A stretch of 64,000 nucleotides of DNA from a virus (Duplodnaviria > Caudoviricetes): IMG/VR virus record IMGVR_UViG_3300042291_001013. One strand, 5' to 3'. A program made the translations under genes and the position numbers. Positions 37,257 through 50,894 of this stretch are shown piece after piece. The notes beneath the pieces are model-generated. The model saw only the letters and a program-made list of their open reading frames with translations, did no database searches and was not told where the DNA came from. How positions within the stretch are numbered: the stretch's first letter is position 1; every line of letters starts with the position of its first letter.

Positions 37257-38021
37257 ATGAAAATCGTACTTGTAACCGGCGGCTTTGATCCGCTACATTC
37301 GGGACACCTTGCCTATTTTGCAGAGGCCAAAAAACTTGGTGACAAACTTATTGTAGGTTTGAATTCAGACGCATGGTTGACCCGCAAAAAGGGCAGACCA
37401 TTCATGCCACTGCAAGAACGAAAAGCAGTGGTTTCCAATCTCAAAGACGTTGACACAGTTGTGACTTACAACGATGACGACAACTCTAGCAAGGATGCTA
37501 TCCTTTGTGTACGTGCGCTGTATCCCATGGCAGAAATTATTTTTGCCAACGGTGGAGATCGCACTGACTCTAATATTCCTGAAATGGATGTTGAAGACAA
37601 CAATCTCCACTTTGTGTTTGGAGTAGGTGGATTTAACAAAGCAAATTCAAGTTCGTGGATCCTGGAAGATTGGAAAAAGCCCAAGACACACCGAGCCTGG
37701 GGATACTATCGTGTGTTACACGAAGTTGGTGCCAATACCAAACTAAAAGAACTTACTGTTAACCCCAAAACTTGTCTTAGTATGCAACGTCATGACAGGC
37801 GAGCAGAGTTTTGGTTTGTGGCTGAAGGAGAAGCAACAGTTTATACAGTGGATCCTCACAGCACAGACCGTGACTTAATGGCCAGTCCTGCCAAGCACCA
37901 ATCAACTTGGATTAAATTAAACGAGTGGCATCAGCTATGTAATGAAACTGATGAACCGCTAAAACTAATTGAGATTCAGTACGGTGAAAACTGTGTTGAG
38001 GAAGATATCGAGCGTAGATGA
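37257..38021 (+). CDS. Cytidylyltransferase-like domain fused to a mannose-6-phosphate-isomerase-type cupin
   Basis: TGGFDPLHSGH (HxGH) and FANGGDR; C-terminal WGYYRVL, LSMQRH..RAEFW, WHQL and IEIQYG..EEDIER. Confidence 0.88.
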   Translation: MKIVLVTGGFDPLHSGHLAYFAEAKKLGDKLIVGLNSDAWLTRKKGRPFMPLQERKAVVSNLKDVDTVVTYNDDDNSSKDAILCVRALYPMAEIIFANGGDRTDSNIPEMDVEDNNLHFVFGVGGFNKANSSSWILEDWKKPKTHRAWGYYRVLHEVGANTKLKELTVNPKTCLSMQRHDRRAEFWFVAEGEATVYTVDPHSTDRDLMASPAKHQSTWIKLNEWHQLCNETDEPLKLIEIQYGENCVEEDIERR

Positions 38022-38707
38022 AAGATATCATACCAATCTTCGTTGGCTATGATCCACGTGAAGCCATAGCATATCATACCTGTGTCAACAGCATTATTAG
38101 AAATGCAAGCCGTCCTGTGAGCATTGTGCCTGTAGCACTTAACTTGTTTCGAGACTACGACGAAACACACACCGATGGCAGTAACCACTTTATCTACACA
38201 CGTTTCTTGGTACCATATCTCATGGGATTCTCAGGATCGGCTATTTTTATTGATGGCGACATGATTGTGCGAGGAGACATTGCTGAACTTTGGGAGTTAC
38301 GAAATCCTTACATGGATGTACAAGTAGTCAAGCATGACTACAAGACTCGCATGCCTGTAAAATACCTAGGAGCAAAAAATGAAGACTATCCTCGAAAAAA
38401 TTGGAGTAGTGTTATTCTGTGGAATTGTAATAGCTTTCCTAACCGGCGACTTACTCCTGAGTTCATTCAAAAATCCACAGGCAGTGAGCTCCACCGCTTC
38501 TCGTGGATAGATGATGAGCGTGTTGGTGAACTACCAAAGGAATGGAATTGGTTGCCTGATGAATACGGGCCAAACCCCGACGCCAAGCTCTTGCATTATA
38601 CCTTGGGCACTCCATGCTTTCACGAGTTTGCTGATACACCACAGGGTAACGAGTGGCACAGAGAACGCATACTAACAGAGTACTGCCAACAAAGAGATAT
38701 CATATGA
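38018..38707 (+). CDS. GT-A glycosyltransferase (GT8-like)
   Basis: IFVGYDPRE, YTRFLVP, FIDGDM, YPRKNWSS and LHYTLGTP motifs. Confidence 0.85.
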   Translation: MKDIIPIFVGYDPREAIAYHTCVNSIIRNASRPVSIVPVALNLFRDYDETHTDGSNHFIYTRFLVPYLMGFSGSAIFIDGDMIVRGDIAELWELRNPYMDVQVVKHDYKTRMPVKYLGAKNEDYPRKNWSSVILWNCNSFPNRRLTPEFIQKSTGSELHRFSWIDDERVGELPKEWNWLPDEYGPNPDAKLLHYTLGTPCFHEFADTPQGNEWHRERILTEYCQQRDII

Positions 38708-39516
38708 CCAATTTTATTTTCCTTAGCAAAGGCAACCAAGATGAGTACATCAACATGTTGGCCAAGAGCGCGGGACAAGAACCCACAGACACAGACTTTT
38801 TTGACTACAAGTACGATGTATTGCAAGATGGTATGACTCCTGTATTGCGTGGTATTTTGAAATACAAAATCATGCAGAAGTGTCTGGCCGATAACAAAGA
38901 TTTTTACTACGTGGATTCTGGCTACGTGGGCAACAACATCAGCAGACACAATCGCATGGGCAACAAACTGTATCATCGCATTGTTAAAAACGATTTGCAA
39001 CAGACTGAAATACGTCCGCGCCCCGGTGATCGTTGGAAAGCACTTGACATCAAACTGCAACCAAGAAAGTTTGGCAGAAAAATTGTTGTGGCTGCACCAG
39101 ACGAAAAACCCTGCAGGTATTATGGGGTTGATCAAGCAAAGTGGGTAGAACAAACTGTTGAAGAGATTAAAAAATACACTGACCGTCCAATTGTGGTACG
39201 AGAACGAGCACCAAAACGAATTGACCGTGTGGTAACAGCGCCGTTGCATCAAGTGTTGGCGCAAGATGTTCATGCTCTTGTGACCTTTAACAGTGTTGCG
39301 GCAGTGGAATCTATTTTTTCAGGCGTACCAGCTTTTGTACTGGCTCCCAGTCATGTGGCACAACCTGTGTCTAGCATGTATTTGAGTCAAATTGAAAATC
39401 CTTACTGGGCAGATCAAGACAAATTAGATGCATGGTGCCATAGCATGGCCTATGGTCAATATCATGTGCGTGAACTACGCGATGGAACTGCTTTTAGAAT
39501 GATGCAAGAACTATGA
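38704..39516 (+). CDS. GT-B capsule-biosynthesis-like sugar transferase (1 of 3)
   Basis: YVDSGY and 'HALVTFNSVAAVESIFSGVPAF' KpsC/KpsS-like signature. Confidence 0.6.
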   Translation: MTNFIFLSKGNQDEYINMLAKSAGQEPTDTDFFDYKYDVLQDGMTPVLRGILKYKIMQKCLADNKDFYYVDSGYVGNNISRHNRMGNKLYHRIVKNDLQQTEIRPRPGDRWKALDIKLQPRKFGRKIVVAAPDEKPCRYYGVDQAKWVEQTVEEIKKYTDRPIVVRERAPKRIDRVVTAPLHQVLAQDVHALVTFNSVAAVESIFSGVPAFVLAPSHVAQPVSSMYLSQIENPYWADQDKLDAWCHSMAYGQYHVRELRDGTAFRMMQEL

Positions 39517-40481
39517 AAGTTGTAAGCTATTTGGCTACGTTGCCAAGAAAAGAACAATACACTTCTGAGGAAAGTCTAAAGGCTGCCACAGACAAACTCA
39601 ATACATTGAAGTTTTTTATTCAAGGTGTACAGGCCTGCGGTGACGAAGGAGTCATGGTTGACGACTTTAACTATCAGCCCAGTGATGTGGCCGTGATACT
39701 GGGTTGGGTACACGAGCATGGAAAAACTGCCCCACACCTACAACTGCGTCAGCAGATACTAGATGAACAGCGAAACTACAATGGTCGTACTGTGATTGCT
39801 GACAGTAATCTTTTCCTTTACAAAAACACTGCCAATCCTGGTTACTGGTTGCGTTACAGTTTTGATGGTGTGTTTCCCAACACCGGCACGTATTGTGATA
39901 CTGCACCCGATCCTGCTCGTTGGTTGGCAGTACAACAAAATCTCAACATAAATCTCAAACCATGGCGTACACAAGGCAACCATATCCTGTTGTGTTTGCA
40001 ACGTGACGGTGGCTGGAGCATGGGCGGCTTTGAAGTGCTGGACTGGGCCGTGAAAAACATAATGCATTTGCGCAGATACACCAAACGTCCCATACGCATA
40101 CGTGCGCATCCTGGTGACAAACGAGCCAAGAAGTACTGCGATAGATTAATGAAGCTGTGCATTGGCCGCAGACTACTCAATGTAGAACTCAGCGCACCCA
40201 ACACATCATTGGAACACGATTTGAAAAATTGTTGGGCAGTGGTCAATCATAACTCCAGTCCCACAGTGGGTGCGGCCATAGAAGGTATTCCTGTTTTTGT
40301 TACTGATCCTGAACGCAGTCAAGTACGAGAAATTGCCGAAACAAGATTGGACAAAATAGAAACTCCCATAACACCTGATCGTGATGCATGGATTCAGCGT
40401 CTAAGTCAGTTCCACTGGAGCCATCATGAACTCAGAGATGGCACAGCCTGGGCACACATGAGAAAGTTTGTGGAAAAATGA
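39513..40481 (+). CDS. GT-B capsule-biosynthesis-like sugar transferase (2 of 3)
   Basis: IRAHP and 'AVVNHNSSPTVGAAIEGIPVF' motifs. Confidence 0.62.
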   Translation: MKVVSYLATLPRKEQYTSEESLKAATDKLNTLKFFIQGVQACGDEGVMVDDFNYQPSDVAVILGWVHEHGKTAPHLQLRQQILDEQRNYNGRTVIADSNLFLYKNTANPGYWLRYSFDGVFPNTGTYCDTAPDPARWLAVQQNLNINLKPWRTQGNHILLCLQRDGGWSMGGFEVLDWAVKNIMHLRRYTKRPIRIRAHPGDKRAKKYCDRLMKLCIGRRLLNVELSAPNTSLEHDLKNCWAVVNHNSSPTVGAAIEGIPVFVTDPERSQVREIAETRLDKIETPITPDRDAWIQRLSQFHWSHHELRDGTAWAHMRKFVEK

Positions 40482-41197
40482 TAGAAATTATTACCAGCTT
40501 TGACCAACGTTACCATGACCTAATAGGCAAGGATTGCGTGAGCAGTTTTTTAGAACACTGGGATTCACAATTTCAGTTGACATGCTATGTGGAAGGCTTT
40601 GCCTTGCCCGAACATGAAAGAATCAAACAGATTGATTTTAACTCACAAGTGGATCCAGAGTATCATGCATTGCAACAAGACACTGAGTATGGTGTACAAG
40701 TCAAAAAGTTTAGCAAAAAAGCATTCAGTGTGATACACGCCATGTATCACAGCACCGCAGATTGGATCTTGTGGCTGGATGCTGACGTTGTTACCATGAA
40801 GTCCGTGCCTGCACACTTGATCTTGGACTGTATGCGGTCTGAAGATCTTGCCATGTACATGGGAGTAACCTACACTCAAGACAAGTCAGGTAACCCTGGA
40901 TCATGGCTTGTGCCCGAAACAGGTGTGTTTGCTGTAAACACTCAGCATGAAAAGTTTGAAGAATTTAGAAACGAGTATCGTAGACGCTATGTTGAACGCG
41001 ATCATGCTGACCTGCGTAGATTCTACGACAACGATGTGTTTGGTGCCGCAATCAATCTTGCTAGCGCACCAGTGTATGATTTGTGTGAGGGATTTGCCAA
41101 GCCTTACAAAACACCTTTGCCGCACACAGTACTAGGTGAGTTCCTTATTCACTACAAGGCCAAGCACAGCAAGGCCGAATATCAAACAGACCAATAA
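40478..41197 (+). CDS. GT-A glycosyltransferase
   Basis: KFSKKAF, LWLDADV, PETG, DNDV and IHYK motifs. Confidence 0.7.
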   Translation: MIEIITSFDQRYHDLIGKDCVSSFLEHWDSQFQLTCYVEGFALPEHERIKQIDFNSQVDPEYHALQQDTEYGVQVKKFSKKAFSVIHAMYHSTADWILWLDADVVTMKSVPAHLILDCMRSEDLAMYMGVTYTQDKSGNPGSWLVPETGVFAVNTQHEKFEEFRNEYRRRYVERDHADLRRFYDNDVFGAAINLASAPVYDLCEGFAKPYKTPLPHTVLGEFLIHYKAKHSKAEYQTDQ

Positions 41198-41997
41198 CTT
41201 TCGCTTCGAGGCTGAATAAGATCCTTGGCTAAACTACGCCCAGTTTCTTTTCGTTTGCCCTTAAGGTGATCTAAGTATGCACCCCAGGGTGTGTTGATCA
41301 AGGGATGTCCTTCTCCTTTGATCAGTCCGTGACTCCAGTTTAGCTGGCGCCATTTGGGATGGGCCGCTTGTACTTCGTTGCGAGTCTCATCAAAAACCCA
41401 GCAGTCGTTCCACTCAGCCATGGTCATCAGTCGACCTGAATCATAGGCCAACTGAAACTCTTTGAGCCATGTTAGTGTTACAGGGTCACGTAGGTTCATG
41501 CCGTATAAGCCACATTCACTAAACTTGCGTTCGCGTCCTAGATATGCTAGGCCTATCTTGGCGGGCATTTGACTGGTAATAAATTCTTCAGTAATAGGTG
41601 TGTGGCACACCATGTCTGCGTCCATCCAAAACAACACATCAGCGTCACAGTTTGCCGCACTGTGAAACACCGAATATGCTTTGTGACTGAATCTAATAGC
41701 GTCCCAACGAAACCCTATACCAGGTGCTTTGCCTTTGCGATCTACAGGACCTGTTGCAACCAAGCCACGTGCTCTAGGATCACCGCCCCAGCGTTGCTTG
41801 AAGGTGACAATTTCAGGACTCACAGCATGTAGATCTCTAACATGCAGATTGGGTGCGCTTTGACGTATTGCACAGTCTTCAGTGTAAACGTATAGATCAA
41901 TTTCTTGGGGCCAGTTTTGTAAAAACGTGTCAATCATGCGACTGGCATAGCGTTCGTAGCCGCTGGCATTGAATGTTGTAACAACTGCGTATTTCAT
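41182..41997 (-). CDS. GT-A glycosyltransferase (paralog of 40478)
   Basis: RFSHKAY, FWMDADM, SECG, DCWVF and DHLKG motifs. Confidence 0.72.
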   Translation of the reverse strand: MKYAVVTTFNASGYERYASRMIDTFLQNWPQEIDLYVYTEDCAIRQSAPNLHVRDLHAVSPEIVTFKQRWGGDPRARGLVATGPVDRKGKAPGIGFRWDAIRFSHKAYSVFHSAANCDADVLFWMDADMVCHTPITEEFITSQMPAKIGLAYLGRERKFSECGLYGMNLRDPVTLTWLKEFQLAYDSGRLMTMAEWNDCWVFDETRNEVQAAHPKWRQLNWSHGLIKGEGHPLINTPWGAYLDHLKGKRKETGRSLAKDLIQPRSESYWSV

Positions 41998-42641
41998 TTG
42001 GGTATCCATATTGTATTGCTCTTGCTCTTGACCGGCGCCGCTTCATATGGGCCGCACAAATCATTGAGCCACTGTCTGTGTTGATCTCGTTGACCGTTGT
42101 CCTCAATCAACAACCAAGGTCTATTGCGTTGTATAGTATCACGACTTCCGTCTAACACTGCATTTTCAAAACCTTCAACATCAATCTTGATCCAGTCAAC
42201 TGATTCAAAATTGAATCGATCCAGTGTAGTTAACTCTCCAGTGTGCTTTTCAAACTCTGGATTGGGCACAAACTCTGCTACTTGTTTGGTGTGTCCGCAC
42301 TTGAGAGTTTGTAATTCAAATGTTGCTGTTTGATCTCGATCGCTGAGACCCAAGTTATGCAATTCTACATTGCTGTAATTTTCTAGATTTTTTTGCAAAA
42401 CTTCAAAATTTTTAAGTACTGGTTCAAAACATATCACATGTTCAAAACGTTCAGCACTGGGCCTAGCAAATATGCCAATGTTGGCACCAATATCAATCAT
42501 GGTACGCTTGCGTGGAATATTGTTGTACACATACCAACGGTAACGATTTTGATAATGCACATCTACCACTTCCTGCAATCGTTCACTGAAAAATCCAGTT
42601 GGTGGTTCAGGAGAATACCAAAGTGAGTTTATTTTATACAT
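41994..42641 (-). CDS. FkbM-family methyltransferase
   Basis: IDIGANIG, CFEP, TTLD and IKIDVEGFE motifs. Confidence 0.92.
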   Translation of the reverse strand: MYKINSLWYSPEPPTGFFSERLQEVVDVHYQNRYRWYVYNNIPRKRTMIDIGANIGIFARPSAERFEHVICFEPVLKNFEVLQKNLENYSNVELHNLGLSDRDQTATFELQTLKCGHTKQVAEFVPNPEFEKHTGELTTLDRFNFESVDWIKIDVEGFENAVLDGSRDTIQRNRPWLLIEDNGQRDQHRQWLNDLCGPYEAAPVKSKSNTIWIPK

Positions 42642-42659
42642 ATATAACTATTTAATCAA

Positions 42660-45562
<2,903 letters not shown>

Positions 45563-45569
45563 ATTTTCC

Positions 45570-46022
45570 TTAAACTTGAATATCTTCCATACCTGCTGTG
45601 CGCAAACGAACTACATGTCCCATTTGCCACTGCTTGGAATCCAGGCCTTTCATGATGCCCAACCATCGGTTACGCAACAAGGCCACTTCGTTGATGATAG
45701 TTTCAAAGTCAATCACTTCGTCTTCACCATCAACATATTTTTCAGCATCCCTACTGGTCAGCGCACGAGCATAGGCTTCCAGATACTTTTGAAAATGCTT
45801 GCGTCGAATCTTGCGCAGTTGGATGTTGAGATAGTTTAACACAGCTTCAATTTCTTGCAGTTGGTTAAATCTATGTTCAGTAATGCCCGGCAAGGTTGTG
45901 ATGTTTTTCTCCACCAGGCCCCCAATACGACAATCCTTCTTGGCAGACTCAAGCTCGTGTTCATAGTGAGCAATAAAGTCTGGTATTGCATCAAGGCCGG
46001 CAGTTATACGACTATACCACAT
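45570..46022 (-). CDS. uvsY: UvsY-like recombination mediator
   Basis: 150-aa coiled-coil protein (KYLEAY, YVDGE..V) located downstream of uvsX. Confidence 0.7.
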   Translation of the reverse strand: MWYSRITAGLDAIPDFIAHYEHELESAKKDCRIGGLVEKNITTLPGITEHRFNQLQEIEAVLNYLNIQLRKIRRKHFQKYLEAYARALTSRDAEKYVDGEDEVIDFETIINEVALLRNRWLGIMKGLDSKQWQMGHVVRLRTAGMEDIQV

Positions 46023-47259
46023 ATTTTTTATACTTTACTAACCAAGGGAATAGCACAGTCCAGTCGGTGCCACGGCGACGATCTTTTTCTTCTAAAAATA
46101 CAAAAAGATCACGGATATCTGTTGGGCTGTGAGTTGGCTGGCATATTTGTTGAAATATGCCTTTCATGTATTCATACGCTAGAGAATCCTCATCTGTGTC
46201 TGTGGGCAATAGACTTAAAATAGTATCCATATCTTTTTCAAATTCATCTCCGGGCAATATACCTGACTTTAAATAATTTGGTCCCGGTTCTACTCCTGAA
46301 AACCAATGTCCTATTTTACGCTCTTTGCGCCATTCTATTAATTTTGTTAAAAGTTCTGGCATAGTCTTAATTGTTAATACTGAAATAGTTTGATTGATCA
46401 TAAGATATAACCATTTATACTGCATCAGATAACGAAAATTTTCCTCCCATCTTTTAAGATCGATTCCGTATCTCACATATTCTTGTTGAGGTCCCCAACA
46501 ATCAATACTGACACTAATGTCAATTCTGGCAATCTTTCGATCTACTAATAGTTTACGAAATTTAGGTATAAATGATGCCAATCGTTCTGGAGATACCATA
46601 AGATTGGTTACGATATTTAATTGGCAGTCAGGATTGGGATATTTGTCAACCATTTCTAAGAAATAATCAAATTCCTGTTGTATCAATGGTTCGCCACCTA
46701 AAATTCCCAATCGTTTAAGTTTAGGAAATCCATCAGGAAACCATTCCCAAAATAAAGGAACATAGTCTTTGTATTTGTTTTTAATAATAGGAAGGTGTAC
46801 TCCTCCTTGTTTGAATTCTTTAAATTTGTTGTTTTCTGCTGTGTTGGTACTACTAAGACCATTGGGACAATATAAACATCCCATGTTACAAGCACTACTA
46901 AAATATACTTCTAGTAGAGTAGGGCTAACGTTAACGGCCTGAAGATTATGTTCTAATTCTGGCGGTGACATATCAGGTATGCTTAAATGGCGCATGCGAT
47001 CGCTTGTGCCCCCTACTTCTTCAATTTTACGACAATAAGCACAACTATCTTCTGGCCATAGTCCCTGCAACATTTGTTGCCGATCCTGTATTTTTAATGG
47101 AGTATTATGAAATTGCATAAAGTCTTCTGGAGCAACTGTGCCAATGGCTGTTCGATGACAGCTTCCTGTTACACCATTATTAAGATATAATGTACTCCAT
47201 GCCCATTTAAGTTGGCAAGCGGTATTTGTTTTTATTGGAAAATATTTTTTGTCAGGCAT
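46012..47259 (-). CDS. Radical SAM protein with N-terminal twitch/SPASM-like domain
   Basis: ACQLKW..GSCHR; CNMGCLYC; GGEPL; VRYG. Confidence 0.88.
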   Translation of the reverse strand: MPDKKYFPIKTNTACQLKWAWSTLYLNNGVTGSCHRTAIGTVAPEDFMQFHNTPLKIQDRQQMLQGLWPEDSCAYCRKIEEVGGTSDRMRHLSIPDMSPPELEHNLQAVNVSPTLLEVYFSSACNMGCLYCPNGLSSTNTAENNKFKEFKQGGVHLPIIKNKYKDYVPLFWEWFPDGFPKLKRLGILGGEPLIQQEFDYFLEMVDKYPNPDCQLNIVTNLMVSPERLASFIPKFRKLLVDRKIARIDISVSIDCWGPQQEYVRYGIDLKRWEENFRYLMQYKWLYLMINQTISVLTIKTMPELLTKLIEWRKERKIGHWFSGVEPGPNYLKSGILPGDEFEKDMDTILSLLPTDTDEDSLAYEYMKGIFQQICQPTHSPTDIRDLFVFLEEKDRRRGTDWTVLFPWLVKYKKYVV

Positions 47260-48421
47260 TTTGTATCCAGTTTACAAAACTAGCAGGATAGATACTGAAA
47301 TCTAAATTGCGGCGCCGGGCAAACTCCTTTAGGTATACAGATAATGTCTGCTGTTGTTGCGCTGTAACTGGTGCCATCATGGTTTGTATAATGGTGTCAC
47401 GAAATTCTATTTCACTGTTGTTTAATAGTTCAGACAAGGCGTGTTTACTATCAGCATCTAATACGTTGACATTTAGAAATTCTGGTTCACTACAAAATTC
47501 ATACTTGATATGTTTTCCTTTGAATTGTTCTACAAATTCAAAGAAACCAAATATTGTTAAATTGCTTAGTACGCAAGAAAAATACCATTCAAATCCCTGC
47601 TGTTCAATTTGTTTTAAATTTATTTCAAAATTTTCCCACGTGTTGCCGAATCGATTAAATTCGTAGAATGCCCCACAGTTTTCTGCACTAACAATTAAGG
47701 TTATACGATTTCTATTTTTTAATTTTGTTAGTTGTTTTTCAAACCGGATTGGATCTACTCCCAGGCCTGTATAAATCTTGACTTGATTATGCTCGCTAAT
47801 TTTGTTTACCAATTCTACTAAATTATTGTAAAGAAATGTTTCGCCGCCAGTGATATAAACACAATCGGTGGTGCGTAATCGTTCTATCTCATCAGTAAGT
47901 GTAATGTATCCTGTGCTTGCTTGATGTTCGGGCTGACTAATTTTTAATAGAAGTTTGTCTATTGGCGAAATAATAAATCTATCGTGCTCTAAATAAGACC
48001 CATGTTCGTTGATATCGCGCAACCATGCTGTACTATAATTTTTACAGCAATACGAGCAAGTCATATTACAAGTTGACCCTAACATGATGTGTAAATTTTT
48101 TGGAGCATCAACTTGAACAGAATCAAACCGTTCTTTTTGTGTAGGGAATATCATTCTGCGACTAACAGTTCCAATATTCTCTGGTCTCCAGCAAACATCT
48201 TCACAGCTGGACACAGGCTGATTATCCAGCATCTGTTGCCGTTCGTTTTGCAAAGAAGGGGTATTAAATAACTGCCCTGGATTTTGTTTGATCCAGTTTA
48301 TATTGACTTGTTCAGGACGGGCGGCACAACATGAAAACGTCTGCCGCTTCTCTAGATCAACCGAAAGCCAGGTGAATTTTTCACTGCAATAAAAATCACC
48401 AGGCGGTAGTTGATCCATCAA
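47252..48421 (-). CDS. Radical SAM protein with N-terminal twitch/SPASM-like domain
   Basis: YCSEKF..SCC; CNMTCSYC; TGGET. Confidence 0.88.
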   Translation of the reverse strand: MMDQLPPGDFYCSEKFTWLSVDLEKRQTFSCCAARPEQVNINWIKQNPGQLFNTPSLQNERQQMLDNQPVSSCEDVCWRPENIGTVSRRMIFPTQKERFDSVQVDAPKNLHIMLGSTCNMTCSYCCKNYSTAWLRDINEHGSYLEHDRFIISPIDKLLLKISQPEHQASTGYITLTDEIERLRTTDCVYITGGETFLYNNLVELVNKISEHNQVKIYTGLGVDPIRFEKQLTKLKNRNRITLIVSAENCGAFYEFNRFGNTWENFEINLKQIEQQGFEWYFSCVLSNLTIFGFFEFVEQFKGKHIKYEFCSEPEFLNVNVLDADSKHALSELLNNSEIEFRDTIIQTMMAPVTAQQQQTLSVYLKEFARRRNLDFSIYPASFVNWIQNA

Positions 48422-48678
48422 TTTTCCCAGTCTTCTTCGTTGTAGTCTTCTTCTTCAGACTCTTCTTCATCTTCTGCGTAGTCTTTGTCGTTGTCAAGAT
48501 ATGATGTAAGTGCTCGTTTGATATCTACATCGCCTTTGAAAGCGTTACGGATATCTTCAACGTCTGAATCATTGTCCATTAGAATCTGAACCACAGTTTC
48601 TGCCGCTTCGTTGCGATCAACTGTGTTTACATACCTCTTGAGTTCTCCCCAAATTTCTGCGGCTACATGTTCACTCAT
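48418..48678 (-). CDS. Hypothetical protein with acidic tail
   Basis: 86 aa; ATGA-coupled to uvsX. Confidence 0.75.
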   Translation of the reverse strand: MSEHVAAEIWGELKRYVNTVDRNEAAETVVQILMDNDSDVEDIRNAFKGDVDIKRALTSYLDNDKDYAEDEEESEEEDYNEEDWEN

Positions 48679-49730
48679 TCTGCTTCCTCCTCGCCGGTAC
48701 TTACCTCTTCCTTGATATTTCCAAAGTCTTTCATCACAGTATCAAGACAGTTGTCATCGTTGCGTTCCCATCCTTTGCGGAACTTCTTGATGATTTCACC
48801 TTGGCTTGTGGTAAACACCAGGCTGTTGCCTTCTTTCTTGAGTAGGCCTTTTTTCTCAATCAAGTCAGTTAATCCTGAGTAAGGACTCATGCCTGTTGTG
48901 TAGGGAATCTTGACTTGCACGCCTTCAAAAGGTTTGGCATAGCGTGTTTTCATTACTTTACAGCCGGCACGGATACCCATGACATCAGTGATCTTGTTGC
49001 CGTCCTCGTCCTCTTTCAGTTTCATCTTCTTCATGGCTACCACAATTGAGCTGGCATAGATAAAGCCCTGACCGCCGGAGATCTTGTCATCGGGATCAAA
49101 CATGTCTTGGCTTGCGTATGTGTGATTGGTACATACCAATCCAACATTGTAACTACCAAACATGTTCACACAGTTACGCACAAGTGCTGTGAGTGCTTTG
49201 GGCTTACGACCTAGATCACCCTTCATTTCGCCTGCATCAAACTGGTTCACATCAGTGGGTGTCAACAACATGCCTAGACTGTCAATCACAAACATGACCT
49301 TGGGACGCTCGCCATCTGGCAAGGCCTTGTAGTCACTCATGAATGTTGAGATAGTTTTGGCCACATCGTCAATCATGGCCATACTCAGCTTGAGCAATTT
49401 GCTGTCACTTGTGTCAACGCCAAGTGCTTTGAGCCAGTCTTCATCCAGTGCATTTTCACTGTCAATCAACACCACAAAGATACCTTGCTCTTGTGCGTTC
49501 TTCACAATGTTGCCTGAGCAGATATAACTTTTACCTGCACCAGAGTCGCCGGCAAACACAGTGACCTTGCCCAAGGGAATGCCTCGATTGAAGTCTCCTG
49601 AGATCAGGTAGTTCAGTGCATAGTTGCCTGTTGAGATCCAGTCTGTGGGATCGTTAAAGCCGATCGACAAGCCGTCAATGCTCTTGGTAATTTCCTTGCG
49701 GAACTTGCTTACATCAAATGGTTTTCCCAT
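48675..49730 (-). CDS. uvsX: UvsX/RecA-like recombinase
   Basis: GDSGAGKS, IDSENA, VIDSLG, TNHTY, SGG and KTRY motifs. Confidence 0.95.
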   Translation of the reverse strand: MGKPFDVSKFRKEITKSIDGLSIGFNDPTDWISTGNYALNYLISGDFNRGIPLGKVTVFAGDSGAGKSYICSGNIVKNAQEQGIFVVLIDSENALDEDWLKALGVDTSDSKLLKLSMAMIDDVAKTISTFMSDYKALPDGERPKVMFVIDSLGMLLTPTDVNQFDAGEMKGDLGRKPKALTALVRNCVNMFGSYNVGLVCTNHTYASQDMFDPDDKISGGQGFIYASSIVVAMKKMKLKEDEDGNKITDVMGIRAGCKVMKTRYAKPFEGVQVKIPYTTGMSPYSGLTDLIEKKGLLKKEGNSLVFTTSQGEIIKKFRKGWERNDDNCLDTVMKDFGNIKEEVSTGEEEAE

Positions 49731-49732
49731 GA

Positions 49733-50893
49733 TTAATTTCCTTCTTTAAATTTATATAACTCTTTAAAAATTTTACTACTGTCAATTTTTCTTCTAATAT
49801 CAATATTTTTCAGGTTTTCAAATGTTGCGTTGAGATCTTTTTCAACTGGTGTAGATATGTAGTTTAACATTAAACTCAGAGAATTGTAAAGACAATAGGC
49901 AGGGTTTGATAGATTTAGTTTGCTCTGAATTTTATTTCTCAATAGTGTTAGCTCAGAATCTGGCAAATTTCCCACATGCCAAACTTTGGGATTATCCAAC
50001 GGGTTTACAATAAACGAATTTTCGTGAAACCCTAAATTTTGCAAAAATTCTATGCAATCTAATACTCCATATGCGGTCATAATGCACCATGTGGAGTTGA
50101 AATTTATTTTTTCAAAGTCTTGTCTAAGTTGTTGTAAATTGTTAATGAACTGATCCCAGACTCCACCATAACGCACATATTCAAATTCTTTGCCGACACC
50201 GTCAACACTCACTGTCCAATGTACATTTTTAAACTGTTTGAGCAAGTTATAAATCTCGTTGTTAATTATACTTAGATTGGTGTTGATTCGTATTTCTACA
50301 TTGGGATTAATCTCACGTATTTTTTTTAACAACACTATATTTTCTTTGATCAACAATGGCTCTCCACCTGCTAGATATATGTGCTCTACTGTGTTTAGAT
50401 TACTGTAAATGTAATCCAAAGATTGTTGTAATGCATCTTCTTTTATATGTTGTGGTAAATTTAATTCGCTAGCCCAAGCACTACTTAGATCTGGTCCGCA
50501 ATAGATACACGCAAAATTGCAAGTGTTTTTCCAACGAAGATCTAACATGTTCAATCTGTAATTACTTGTATTGTCAAAAAATTCTAAGTCATTATTTTTT
50601 AACGTTTTTAGATACCACACTCTGTTGCTAACCGAATTAGGACTAAATTTTTGATTTTTTTCTAATAGATGACAGTGACTGCATCTATTGTGCAGGACGT
50701 CGTTTAACATGTCTTGTTTGATGAGTTGATTGTTTTCTCCGTGCAAAATATTCTTTAACGGCTGTGAGTTTATGTTTCCCAAAGTTTCGTTAGTAATAGC
50801 ACAATTTCTTACATCACCGTCGGGCTGTATGTACACTCCTAACCAAGGCAAGGTACAAAAACTTTTTTTAGTTAGATATTCTTTTGGGGTCAT
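49733..50893 (-). CDS. Radical SAM protein with N-terminal twitch/SPASM-like domain
   Basis: FCTLPW..DGDVRNC; CNFACIYC; AGGEPL; VRYG. Confidence 0.9.
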   Translation of the reverse strand: MTPKEYLTKKSFCTLPWLGVYIQPDGDVRNCAITNETLGNINSQPLKNILHGENNQLIKQDMLNDVLHNRCSHCHLLEKNQKFSPNSVSNRVWYLKTLKNNDLEFFDNTSNYRLNMLDLRWKNTCNFACIYCGPDLSSAWASELNLPQHIKEDALQQSLDYIYSNLNTVEHIYLAGGEPLLIKENIVLLKKIREINPNVEIRINTNLSIINNEIYNLLKQFKNVHWTVSVDGVGKEFEYVRYGGVWDQFINNLQQLRQDFEKINFNSTWCIMTAYGVLDCIEFLQNLGFHENSFIVNPLDNPKVWHVGNLPDSELTLLRNKIQSKLNLSNPAYCLYNSLSLMLNYISTPVEKDLNATFENLKNIDIRRKIDSSKIFKELYKFKEGN

Positions 50894-50894
50894 G

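Noticed and set aside
38620-39273. 217-aa minus-strand ORF
   Set aside because: Antisense to a well-supported coupled operon.
48418-48678. Acidic 86-aa ORF as a RiPP precursor for the adjacent radical SAMs
   Set aside because: No Cys/aromatic core or leader pattern; it is ATGA-coupled to uvsX and looks like a core recombination-operon gene.
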